Shown piece by piece: positions 30,464 to 39,169 of a stretch of 64,000 nt of DNA. Below the pieces are notes generated by a model. The model worked only from the letters and a program-made list of their open reading frames with translations. It was not told where the DNA came from and made no database searches. The number at the start of each line of letters is the position of its first letter. Within the stretch, counting starts at the first letter, position 1. This DNA is from Candidatus Latescibacterota bacterium (GTDB taxonomy: Bacteria > Latescibacterota > UBA2968 > GCA-2709665). The stretch covers positions 3,648,001 to 3,712,000 of the forward strand of contig OZ244937.1 in assembly GCA_965222075.1 (NCBI GenBank), in the 5' to 3' direction. Made by a program: the position numbers and the translations under genes.

Positions 30464-30802
30464 CTAGCCGCTGATTGCCGCGAGCGCTTCGGATCGGGAT
30501 ACGTGGACCGGTATGATCTTGTCGAAGCCACTAATCTCAAAGACCTCCCTGATTGGATCTGAGAGCGAGCAGACCACGAATTCCTTGTCCCGTTCCCGAA
30601 GCGTCCTGGCAGTCAGCAGAATGACCCGAAGGCCCGCGCTGCTGATGTAGGAGAGCGCCTCAAAATCCATAATTACGGCACGATCGTCCTCGCCAATTGC
30701 GGCTTCAAGCGCATCCTCAAACTCACGGGCATTGGCACCGTCAACGCGACCCTCTATCTTCACGATCAAGGTTCCGTTTTCCCGCTCGGTGTTAACTTCC
30801 AT
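30464..30802 (-). CDS. STAS-domain anti-anti-sigma factor (RsbV-like)
   Basis: GRVDG, YISSAGLR phospho-Ser motif and EVFEISGF. Confidence 0.92.
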   Translation of the reverse strand: MEVNTERENGTLIVKIEGRVDGANAREFEDALEAAIGEDDRAVIMDFEALSYISSAGLRVILLTARTLRERDKEFVVCSLSDPIREVFEISGFDKIIPVHVSRSEALAAISG

Positions 30803-31143
30803 TGACCCATCTCCTTGATGTTGTGACCCAACCTCTAAGTTACGGTGTCCAAGAGTCTACTGGCAGTTGTGCTCTTGAAACCTGCTAAATAATAGGATTT
30901 TTGAAATGTGTCAAGCACTTTGAAACACCTGCTCCAGGCAAATTAAGAAAGAATATCCTGAGCGACAGAAGGTTCGGTACTTCGTCTGTCAGGTCTCAAT
31001 TTCCATACGCCAATATAGATCCTCTGAAACCATAAATCAAGCGCTTATTTCACGGCAAAGATAATGGCTTACATGAGTTTTTGACGCCGGGGAGACCGTA
31101 CGGCGGTGAAGTTTGCGCCCGGCAAGCCGCTGCAGGGCGTGTC

Positions 31144-31338
31144 TTAAGGGTAGAGCCTTTTGGGGCCCCGGTATATGTAGGTGACTTCCCGGACGTTGCC
31201 GATTCCCAACAGGAGCATCAGCATCCGGGTGAGGTCGCCCTGTTTTTGAGGTGTGTATTCCTGCCGGGCGAGGATCTCAACGGCTTCCGCCAGGGGGACC
31301 CTGGGAAAGGGGATTTCGGGAATTTCGACGGTGACGTG
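31144..31338 (-). pseudogene. Internally deleted remnant of a non-discriminating (archaeal-type) aspartyl-tRNA(Asp/Asn) synthetase
   Basis: Not in the ORF track. It reads VEIPEIPFPRVPLAEAVEIL...KQGDL|TRMLMLLLGIGNVREVTYIYRGPKRLYP*, i.e. the mid-domain PFPR..GDL segment fused to the motif-3 C-terminus. Confidence 0.7.
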
Positions 31339-31477
31339 AGACGTCCAGGCAGACGGGTGGCGTGAGAGATTTCGGAGAGGTTGTGATGCGGTAGATAGGA
31401 CAACCGATGGTCATTGTTTTGTTCTCCAAATTCAGTTCATCACGAAATGCGATCAGGTCCGACATTTTTGGTTGGTT

Positions 31478-32218
31478 TTACCTTTCACCTTTTCTGCCGC
31501 CGAAGACGGCGAGTTCGAAGATTTTGAAATAACAGTCTACATCCTGAAATCCGATCCGCCGCAGCCAATCGCATTGTACTTCTACGGGGGCCAGGATGTT
31601 GGCCTGTTTATCCTCCCGGTGATAATATTCCGCGGCCAGTTCGTCCCGGGTTCGGGCGCCGCCCTGTGTTTGTTCGAGTTCGTAGAGGTTGTCTATAAAG
31701 TGGGTTTCAAAAAGGGATTCAACCCAGGCGGTGGCCGGCGCTACGTGTTCGATGTTGATAAAGATGCCGCCCGGGTTCAGAAGGTTGTGGATTTCTTTGT
31801 AGAATTCCTGTTTGCGTGCGTCGGGTTGATGGTGGATTGCATAACCGGATACGGCAGTATCAAAGGGGGCGTGTTTTTTTATAAATTCGACCCAGGCCGG
31901 ATCGGCGAAGTCGGCGTGGATAAAATGCAGGTTGCCCGCGTACGGTTTCAGGTGATCCCGAGCCGCATTCAGCATCGGTTCGGAGAAATCTATGAGTATA
32001 CCGCGGGCCTTGGGATAACGGCCCAGCAGGGCGGTGGACAGGGCACCTCCTCCACATCCGAGATCCAGGAAGTTCAGGATCTGCCTATTGCTGGCGGAAA
32101 TCACACGCAGCATGATGTCCAGCTGTGTTTCGGCCTGAGGGATTGCCGCCCGGACGCCGGTCAGGTATTTGTTTGTGAGCTGGGAAGATTGCCAGGCACG
32201 GTCTTTTCGCTGCGCCAT
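31478..32218 (-). CDS. Class I SAM-dependent methyltransferase (CmoA-like fold)
   Basis: LDLGCGGG, IDFSEPML, AIHH and LNPGG motifs; RBS AAGGAG before MAQRK. Confidence 0.88.
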   Translation of the reverse strand: MAQRKDRAWQSSQLTNKYLTGVRAAIPQAETQLDIMLRVISASNRQILNFLDLGCGGGALSTALLGRYPKARGILIDFSEPMLNAARDHLKPYAGNLHFIHADFADPAWVEFIKKHAPFDTAVSGYAIHHQPDARKQEFYKEIHNLLNPGGIFINIEHVAPATAWVESLFETHFIDNLYELEQTQGGARTRDELAAEYYHREDKQANILAPVEVQCDWLRRIGFQDVDCYFKIFELAVFGGRKGER

Positions 32219-32245
32219 CAAAACTCCTTGAAGTGTAGAGGCCAA

Positions 32246-32284
32246 TAAAGAAAACCCGCCATCGAGTGGACTCAATGGCGGGTT
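32246..32284 (-). terminator. Leader (attenuator) terminator upstream of the methyltransferase
   Basis: AACCCGCCAUUGAG-UCCA-CUCGAUGGCGGGUU-UUCUUUA. Confidence 0.85.
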
Positions 32285-32307
32285 GCTGATGTTTTTCGTT
32301 TGCGCTG

Positions 32308-32439
32308 CTATACCATGATCCGCCACGGAGTCCCATTATTATTGACCGAATTAAGGTCTACTACAGGGCGTACGACGTCATTTACGCTGCCCCATAGCGT
32401 TCGATTGAGATCCAGGGACCTGTGGCCGATGGTGTTCAT
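32308..32439 (-). CDS. Putative Asn-rich leader peptide (43 aa)
   Basis: MNTIGHRSLDLNRTLWGSVNDVVRPVVDLNSVNNNGTPWRIMV*; AGGA RBS; lies between a promoter and a terminator. Confidence 0.7.
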   Translation of the reverse strand: MNTIGHRSLDLNRTLWGSVNDVVRPVVDLNSVNNNGTPWRIMV

Positions 32440-32481
32440 GAAATTTGTCCTACTTGAAGTTTCGGCGATTGAATTCACGAA

Positions 32482-32510
32482 AAGATAGATGGTTGCCCGT
32501 GTGATGTCAA
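32482..32510 (-). promoter_or_regulatory. Sigma70-type promoter for the leader-methyltransferase operon
   Basis: TTGACA-17 nt-TATCTT. Confidence 0.7.
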
Positions 32511-32525
32511 GGTATTTTCAGGTTC

Positions 32526-32975
32526 CTATCCGTCTGTTCTGCCGCCGCGGCCGGGTCTCCGGCCCCTTTGGAAGCGCTCACCGGCACGCAGTTTGTCCCG
32601 CTGCTCCGGGGTCAGGAGCTGGTTGACCTTGAGGCGGTGGTCGACCCGGGTTTCCAGGATAAGGGAAAGGGCCTGGTTGACTTTGGCGATCCGGGTTTTG
32701 ACTTCGGCAGGGTCGGGATTGTCCTGGCGCGTGATGGCATGGAGGTCCAGACGGGCGATTTTCAGGTCGGCCTCGAGGCGCGCCATGCGTTTGGCGTTGT
32801 TGAGACGCAGGGACTTCAGTTTCTCCCGCTGTTCCGCCGTCAGGTCCAGCGCTTCCATCACGGCCTGCTGGCGGTGCGCCCTTCGGTCTTTTCGCCCACG
32901 CCGCGCGTCCACATCGGCAACGGTCCAGACAACCGCTGCGACGGCGATCAGTGATATCAGACTTCGCGCTTTCAT
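32526..32975 (-). CDS. Spy/CpxP-family periplasmic protein
   Basis: Signal peptide; LDLTAEQ and LLTPEQ (LTxxQ) motifs. Confidence 0.85.
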   Translation of the reverse strand: MKARSLISLIAVAAVVWTVADVDARRGRKDRRAHRQQAVMEALDLTAEQREKLKSLRLNNAKRMARLEADLKIARLDLHAITRQDNPDPAEVKTRIAKVNQALSLILETRVDHRLKVNQLLTPEQRDKLRAGERFQRGRRPGRGGRTDG

Positions 32976-33055
32976 GGTGGTCTCCCCTTTCTGTTATTGA
33001 AGGTTGAATATTGCCAGAATTGACTATTGGAAAATCTTCAACACCTCTCCTGTGG

Positions 33056-33490
33056 TCATGGCGGCCGGCCCCTCGGTGAGGGGCCTCGCATCCAGTGGCG
33101 CGCGAACTGGGAGAATGTTTTGTCGTATTCCTTCTGCTGTTCGGACGTGAGGATCTCCCGGATTTTCGACCGCGTGGCGGTCAACAGGTCTTTCATCCCT
33201 TTTCTGATCTCTTTGCGCTGCGCCATCATCTGTTCACGGCTTTCGTCTAAGATCCGTTTGACTTTTCGCTCCTGCTCCGGGGTGAGGTCCAGGTGTCGGG
33301 TAAACCGATGGATCAGTCTTTCCTGAGAGCGGGGGCCTCTGAATGAGGGACGACGAGAGAAAAAGGCCTTCGGAGGACGCCCCCGGCCAAGCAGCACCCA
33401 GCGCTCGACGGTCGCTCCGCACACCGCGCCGAGCAGGAAAAGCCCCAGGATGAGCAGCACGGCTTTTGATCTGGAAGAGAGAGAGAGCAT
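33056..33490 (-). CDS. Membrane-anchored LTxxQ (Spy/heavy-metal sensor-like) protein
   Basis: N-terminal TM segment; LDLTPEQ and ILTSEQ motifs. Confidence 0.75.
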   Translation of the reverse strand: MLSLSSRSKAVLLILGLFLLGAVCGATVERWVLLGRGRPPKAFFSRRPSFRGPRSQERLIHRFTRHLDLTPEQERKVKRILDESREQMMAQRKEIRKGMKDLLTATRSKIREILTSEQQKEYDKTFSQFARHWMRGPSPRGRPP

Positions 33491-33493
33491 GGG

Positions 33494-33964
33494 TTACCTC
33501 GGCTGCGATGACGGTTCGGCAACAGAACCGGTCAGGAGAAGGATGTCGTCGCGAGAGAGTTCGGTGTCGTTCAGAACCAGTTCTTCGGGGCCTTCCCACT
33601 GCGCCTTGAGGTAGTCCTCCAGTGTTACGGTGGGATCGTCGCCGTTGAGGCTGCCCATTACGGCCAGCAGCAGCACTGCGGCCGCGGCCAGGAAGGGGAC
33701 CAGCCGCACCCCGGCCCACTCGAAGTGCCCCCAGAAGAGGATGACCTTCTCAGCCCGGATACGCTCGGCAACCCCGTCCCAGAGGCCGGGCGAGGGGTCC
33801 TTGAACCTGCATTTGACCGCGTCCTGGATGCGCCTGAGGTAGGCCAGTTCCTCACCGCAGTCCGTGCAGAGGGCGAGGTGGGCCTCAATCTGGCGTACCT
33901 CACCTTCTGTAAGGTTGTCATCCAAATAGGGTAAGAGGCGTTCTTTGACGTGGGTCTCGTTCAT
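33494..33964 (-). CDS. Zinc-finger (zf-HC2) anti-sigma factor
   Basis: YLD..L...HLALCTDC motif plus a TM segment; ATGA overlap with the sigma gene. Confidence 0.88.
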   Translation of the reverse strand: MNETHVKERLLPYLDDNLTEGEVRQIEAHLALCTDCGEELAYLRRIQDAVKCRFKDPSPGLWDGVAERIRAEKVILFWGHFEWAGVRLVPFLAAAAVLLLAVMGSLNGDDPTVTLEDYLKAQWEGPEELVLNDTELSRDDILLLTGSVAEPSSQPR

Positions 33965-34551
33965 GCCGGTTCCCCCCCAGTCCATTCGGTGTAGATCGGC
34001 CGCAGCAGGTCTCTCAGGTGCGCCCGTGCCCGCGAGAGCCGGGATTTGACCGTGCCGACGGAACAGTTCAGCGCATCGGCGATTTCGTCCTGCGACAGCC
34101 CTTCGATGTCTTTGAGCACGACCACCGCGCGGTGGTCGGGTGAGAGGCTATTGAGTACGGCCTGGATGCTTTCTTGCAGTTCAGTCCGTTCCAGGTCATT
34201 TTCGGGGTGCCGGGTTTCAAAGAGACGTTCGGGCGAGATCTTTCTGGATTCCACGAGGGCTTCCAGAGAGACACCATCGGGCCGGCGGCGTTCCTTCTGG
34301 GCTGCATTGAGACAGGTGTTTACAGCAATGCGATAGAGCCATGTGTAGAATCCGGATTCCGCCCGAAAGTCCGACAGGGCCTGATAGGCCCGAAAAAAGG
34401 CTTCCTGGGCCGCATCCCGGGCGGCCTCCCGGTCACCCAAGATGGAACAGGCCAGGGTGTAAATCCGTCCCTCGTAACGTTCCACCAGTTTCCGGAACGC
34501 CTGGAGATCCCCCTTCTGACACCGTCTGACCAGTTTCAGGTCTTCGTCCAT
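33961..34551 (-). CDS. ECF RNA polymerase sigma factor (RpoE-like)
   Basis: DAAQEAF, FYTWLYRIAVN and GTVKSRLSRAR motifs. Confidence 0.95.
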   Translation of the reverse strand: MDEDLKLVRRCQKGDLQAFRKLVERYEGRIYTLACSILGDREAARDAAQEAFFRAYQALSDFRAESGFYTWLYRIAVNTCLNAAQKERRRPDGVSLEALVESRKISPERLFETRHPENDLERTELQESIQAVLNSLSPDHRAVVVLKDIEGLSQDEIADALNCSVGTVKSRLSRARAHLRDLLRPIYTEWTGGEPA

Positions 34552-34717
34552 TCAGGCTCCCGGAGGTAATCGGTAGTCAGTCCTCAGTAAACCGAAAGCA
34601 ACCACGGATGGACTACGGATAAAGGGATCAAAAGATGAGGACTGAAGGCTGGCGGCCAGGTTTCGGTGTTTCTAATATCTTAGACAGCAGGTGGCTTGTA
34701 GACGTTCCAACCGGATC

Positions 34718-34750
34718 AAAAAAAAAGGGTGTCGCTTGTAGGCGACACCC
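34718..34750 (-). terminator. Intrinsic terminator after ilvB
   Basis: GGGUGUCGC-CUACAA-GCGACACCC-U9. Confidence 0.85.
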
Positions 34751-34776
34751 GGTAGCGTCGGTTGTTTTGCGGGTTT

Positions 34777-36555
34777 CTATTCGGTGATGATGTCCGCAAA
34801 GGTCTTTCCGGAGGGGATCATGGGCAGCACGTGCTCCTGATAGGGCACGATGACGTCAAGGAGGTAAGGCCCCGGTGTTTGGATCATACGCTCCAGAGCA
34901 GCGGGCAGGTCCTTTTTATGTACCACCTGCTCGGCGGGGATGCGGAATCCGCCGGCGATTTTGACAAAGTCGGGATGAAAGCCTTTCCCTTCCGGATCTC
35001 CGATGAAGGTATGCCCCCTGTTGCTTTCGTACAATATATCTTCCCACTGGACCACCATGCCCAGGTGCTGGTTGTTCAGGATCATTGTCTTCACCGGAAT
35101 CTTTTCGGCGTAGAGGGTGGCCAGTTCCTGGACGTTCATGACAAAGCTGCCGTCCCCGTCGATGTCGATCACCAGGGCGTCGGGCCTGGCCATTTGCGCA
35201 CCCAGGGCCGCAGGCAGACCAAATCCCATTGCCCCAAGGCCGCCGGAGGTGAGCCAGTTGCGGGGTTCGTCAAAAAGGTAATACTGTGCCGCCCACATCT
35301 GGTGCTGGCCCACGCCTGTGGTGATGATGGCCTTTCCCTTTGTCAGTCTGTAGAGCAGGTCGATGGCATACTGCGGCAGGATTTCGTCTTTCAGGTCTTT
35401 GTATCTCATGGGGTGTTTTTTGCGCCAGGTGTCCAGTTCGGCGTGCCAGGCGCTGTAGTCGCCCGGTTCGACCAGGCCGTTGAGGTCTTCTAAGGCGTAC
35501 TTGACGTCGCTAACAACCGAGATATGGGCCTCTTTGTTTTTGTTGATTTCCGAGGGGTCAATGTCGATATGTACGATCTTTCCATGCTTGCAAAATTCTT
35601 CGAGCTTTCCGGTCACGCGGTCGTCGAACCGGACGCCCATGGCCAGCAGGAGGTCAGCGTGGTTGATGGCGTAGTTGGCATAAACGGTGCCGTGCATGCC
35701 CACCATCCGGAGCGAGAGGGGATCGTTTTCCGGGAAGACGCCCAATCCCATCAGGGTCTGCACCACCGGGATGTGGGTTTTCCTGACCAGTTCGCGGAGT
35801 TCATCAGCACCCCCAGAGGAGACGACGCCTCCTCCAACGTAGAGGACGGGGCGTTTGGACTCCCGAATGGCCTGCGCCACGACTTGAATCTCTTCCCGGC
35901 CGGCCCGCACGTGTGGGTTGTAGCTGCGGATCGCAACCTGGTCTGGATAGATGGGCACGGTGTAGCCCTGCTGGACGTCTTTGGGGACGTCGATCAGAAC
36001 CGGCCCGGGGCGTCCGGTATTTGCGATGTAGAAGGCCTCTTTGACGATTCTTGGGATGTTATCGATGTGATCCACCAGGAAGTTATGTTTTGTAATCTGG
36101 CGGGTGACCTCAATAATGGGTGTCTCCTGAAAGGCGTCTCCCCCCATGAGGTGGGTTGGGACCTGGCCCGTGATGGCGACAACAGGCACGGAGTCCATTT
36201 TGGCATCTGCCAGCCCGGTTACCAGGTTGGTAGCCCCTGGCCCTGAGGTGGCGATGCAGACGCCCACCTTGCCGGATGCCTTGGCATAGCCCTCTGCGGC
36301 GAAGATTTCGCCCTGTTCGTGCCGGCAGAGCACACACCGGATGTTGGACCGGGTGATCGCCTGGTGGATTTCCATGCTGGCCCCGCCCGGGTATCCGAAG
36401 ACCAGATCAACGCCTTGCCTCGCCAGGGCTTCCACCAGGATGTCGGCGCCTTTTACCGGTTCTGCAGACGGTTGGGGAGGGGCCTGGGACATCGCTACCC
36501 GCTCTGCGCGCCCGTTGTCTTTCAGGGCGTCTACGGCCTCTGGTTTGTTTGCCAT
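34777..36555 (-). CDS. ilvB: Acetolactate synthase large subunit
   Basis: [35 protein letters not shown] and MIPSG motifs. Confidence 0.96.
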   Translation of the reverse strand: MANKPEAVDALKDNGRAERVAMSQAPPQPSAEPVKGADILVEALARQGVDLVFGYPGGASMEIHQAITRSNIRCVLCRHEQGEIFAAEGYAKASGKVGVCIATSGPGATNLVTGLADAKMDSVPVVAITGQVPTHLMGGDAFQETPIIEVTRQITKHNFLVDHIDNIPRIVKEAFYIANTGRPGPVLIDVPKDVQQGYTVPIYPDQVAIRSYNPHVRAGREEIQVVAQAIRESKRPVLYVGGGVVSSGGADELRELVRKTHIPVVQTLMGLGVFPENDPLSLRMVGMHGTVYANYAINHADLLLAMGVRFDDRVTGKLEEFCKHGKIVHIDIDPSEINKNKEAHISVVSDVKYALEDLNGLVEPGDYSAWHAELDTWRKKHPMRYKDLKDEILPQYAIDLLYRLTKGKAIITTGVGQHQMWAAQYYLFDEPRNWLTSGGLGAMGFGLPAALGAQMARPDALVIDIDGDGSFVMNVQELATLYAEKIPVKTMILNNQHLGMVVQWEDILYESNRGHTFIGDPEGKGFHPDFVKIAGGFRIPAEQVVHKKDLPAALERMIQTPGPYLLDVIVPYQEHVLPMIPSGKTFADIITE

Positions 36556-36610
36556 CGGTTTTTCCTCCTCATGTCAAGTCTTTTCCTCTTTGTGCGGTAT
36601 TCCCACCTCC

Positions 36611-37375
36611 TTACCCCTTCTCCAACGCCCGAATTCGATCCCGGAGTTTGGCCGCTTTTTCAAACTCCTCTTTTTCAATGGCCTCTGTCAGCTCTTTTTG
36701 GAGCCGCTCCGACCGGCTGAGGGGTCGTTTTTTTGCGATTTCCGCTTCCAGCTCCTTGAGCGCCTGCTGGGATCGCTTTTTTTCCATGTCGAATTCCTCT
36801 GCGCCCACATCCTCTAAGTTCTCGATTTCCTCCAGCGCCTCGCGGATGATGTCCAGGGCCGAGTCGTAATTCTCGTTCTGGACGTTGATCATGACCCGGG
36901 CGACGGCGTGAATTCTGAGGATGTAGGGCCACCACCGTTCCAGGTTTACCCTGTCTTCTTCGTGTTCTGCATGCTGGTTGACAAACCGGAAGACGTCCAT
37001 GTTCCGTTCGGTATCCCGGATCACCCGGTTGTAATCCTGAATTTGGAGGAGAAAGACGTAGCGCTCGTAGAGCCTCCTGCTTTCATCGAAGATCTCTGCA
37101 CAGGCCTCCCGATTGAGCGTAAACCTGCTGTCGGTGTCCCGCTTGGCGGTATGCTTCTGGAGGACATCTTTATAAAAATCAAGGGCAAAGGTCCGGTCGT
37201 GGGGTCTTTCTCCGTCCGGCCTTCCGTCGAGTTCCATCTGGAGGATGCCCTGGAACGCCCCCTGGTCCACCCTGACCTGGATTTTTTCCGCTCCGTCGAA
37301 GTCGATGACCTTGCGGATGCTGTTTTGCGCGTCGTAGGGCCAGGTTTTTAAAATACGTCCGATGTCTTCCGGCAT
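36611..37375 (-). CDS. UvrB/UvrC-motif-containing protein
   Basis: GRPDG.RP N-terminal motif; C-terminal UVR motif AIEKEEFEKAAKLRDRI. Confidence 0.8.
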   Translation of the reverse strand: MPEDIGRILKTWPYDAQNSIRKVIDFDGAEKIQVRVDQGAFQGILQMELDGRPDGERPHDRTFALDFYKDVLQKHTAKRDTDSRFTLNREACAEIFDESRRLYERYVFLLQIQDYNRVIRDTERNMDVFRFVNQHAEHEEDRVNLERWWPYILRIHAVARVMINVQNENYDSALDIIREALEEIENLEDVGAEEFDMEKKRSQQALKELEAEIAKKRPLSRSERLQKELTEAIEKEEFEKAAKLRDRIRALEKG

Positions 37376-37692
37376 TTCGTTCTCCTGCGGCGCAGCACAT
37401 TCATCTCAGGTTTCAGGTTTCAACACCATTTAAATCTAATGCAGTCGGCCGAGAAAAGCAAGGGTAAACGGATTGGGGATTTTGGATTGAACCCTCTCAA
37501 ATCTCCAATCCGAAGCGGTCTACCTCACTATAAATAGACCTATCGACAGGAGGGGGAAAAGCTTAAGGCCGGAGATTTTGGGTTGACTTTTGGGAGAATG
37601 GGGTCTATTTTGCCGCTGGGAGAACCGGACTTTAACGGGGACCGACAGGTGGGGATGACGGATTTTATTCTGTTTGCGGTGAAGAGGTTTTT

Positions 37693-39003
37693 ATGGAGAT
37701 GCTGGCGAGGTTTTTCCGGTTTGAGGCGCTGGGGACGGACTGGCGCACGGAGGTGATGGGGGGAACGACGACGTTTGTTACGATGGCCTATATCGTGGCG
37801 GTAAATCCGGGGATTCTGGCCAAGGCGCTGGGACGGGAGCTGTTTCCGGAACTGCTGTTTGCCACCTGCGTATCGGCGGTGGTAGCCACGTTGATTATGG
37901 GGATTGCGGCGAATTACCCCTTTGCACTGGCGCCGGGGATGGGGCTGAATGCCTTTTTCGTCACGGTCGTTCTGGAAATGGGGGTGCGGTGGGACCTGGC
38001 CCTGGGGGTGGTGCTGGCGTCCGGGATTCTGTTTACGCTGCTGGCGCTGATGCGGGTGCGGGAGGCGATTATCAACGCGGTGCCCGAGGCGCTCAAGCAT
38101 GCCACCGCAGCGGGCATCGGGCTGTTTATTGCGTTTATCGGGTTGAAGTACGCCGGGGTGGTAGCTGCCGACCCGGTTACGCTGGTGGGCCTGGGCGAGT
38201 TGCGGACCGGGCCGGTGGGGCTGGCGCTTCTGGGGGTGGCGGGCATTGGGGTGCTGATGGTTCGGGGGGTGAAGGGGGCGATTCTGCTGGGGGTGATCGG
38301 AGTGTCAGCACTGGGGATGATTTTGGGAATAACGCCGCCGCCGGAGGGGATGTTCAGCCTGCCGGCCTGGCCGAAACATCTGTTTGGGGCGGCGGTGGTG
38401 AATCTGCCTGTGGCGTTCGACGTGGGGTTGATCGGGGTGGTGTTTGCGTTTCTTTTCGTGGATCTGTTCGATACGATGGGCACGCTGGTGGGGGTGTCCC
38501 AGCGGGCGGGGTTCTTAGATACGGCAGGGCACCTGCCCCGGGCGAATCGGGCGCTACTGGCCGATTCGTTGGGCACCGTGGTGGGGGCGATTTTCGGGAC
38601 GTCGCCGGTGACGACCTATATCGAGAGCGCGTCGGGGGTTTCGGAGGGGGCGCGGTCGGGGTTTGCCAGCGTGGTGACCGGGCTGTTCTTCTTGGCAGCG
38701 CTTTTTCTGACACCGATCGTGAAGGCGATTCCCGACTTTGCGACGGCGCCCGCGCTGATTGTGGTAGGGGTGATGATGATGGCGTCGGTGGCGCGGATAA
38801 AGTGGGAAGATATTTCAGACGCGCTGCCGGCGTTTTTAACGGTGGTTGCGATTCCGCTGACGTTCAACATTGCCAACGGGGTGGCGGTCGGGTTTGTGGC
38901 GTATCCGATTGTGAAGCGACTGGGGGGGAAGGGAGGAGACGTGCACCCGCTGGTGGATCTGCTGGCGGTGATTTTTATCGCCCGATATCTGTTTATGGAT
39001 TGA
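37693..39003 (+). CDS. NCS2/AzgA-family purine permease
   Basis: TTFVTMAYI, APGMGLNAF, DLFDTMGT and TTYIESASG motifs. Confidence 0.93.
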   Translation: MEMLARFFRFEALGTDWRTEVMGGTTTFVTMAYIVAVNPGILAKALGRELFPELLFATCVSAVVATLIMGIAANYPFALAPGMGLNAFFVTVVLEMGVRWDLALGVVLASGILFTLLALMRVREAIINAVPEALKHATAAGIGLFIAFIGLKYAGVVAADPVTLVGLGELRTGPVGLALLGVAGIGVLMVRGVKGAILLGVIGVSALGMILGITPPPEGMFSLPAWPKHLFGAAVVNLPVAFDVGLIGVVFAFLFVDLFDTMGTLVGVSQRAGFLDTAGHLPRANRALLADSLGTVVGAIFGTSPVTTYIESASGVSEGARSGFASVVTGLFFLAALFLTPIVKAIPDFATAPALIVVGVMMMASVARIKWEDISDALPAFLTVVAIPLTFNIANGVAVGFVAYPIVKRLGGKGGDVHPLVDLLAVIFIARYLFMD

Positions 39004-39169
39004 ACCCCCCGCCCACCCCCGTTATTGAGGATGGAAGATGAGAGATCCTGTACAAAAAATGTAAAGGCTTGCTCGCATCCCGTCAAGTTATAGATTGCAG
39101 GTAGACGAAAAGGAAAAAGTAAAAAACACCACCGGAACAGACGGCGTCTGAAGAAGAAAGGCAGGGGCC

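Noticed and set aside
36556-36610. Branched-chain amino-acid leader attenuator for ilvB
   Set aside because: The intergenic region is only about 55 nt, with no uORF or terminator.
37540-37692. Purine riboswitch upstream of the NCS2 permease
   Set aside because: No purine-aptamer consensus is recognisable, only a TTGACT..TATTTT promoter-like sequence.
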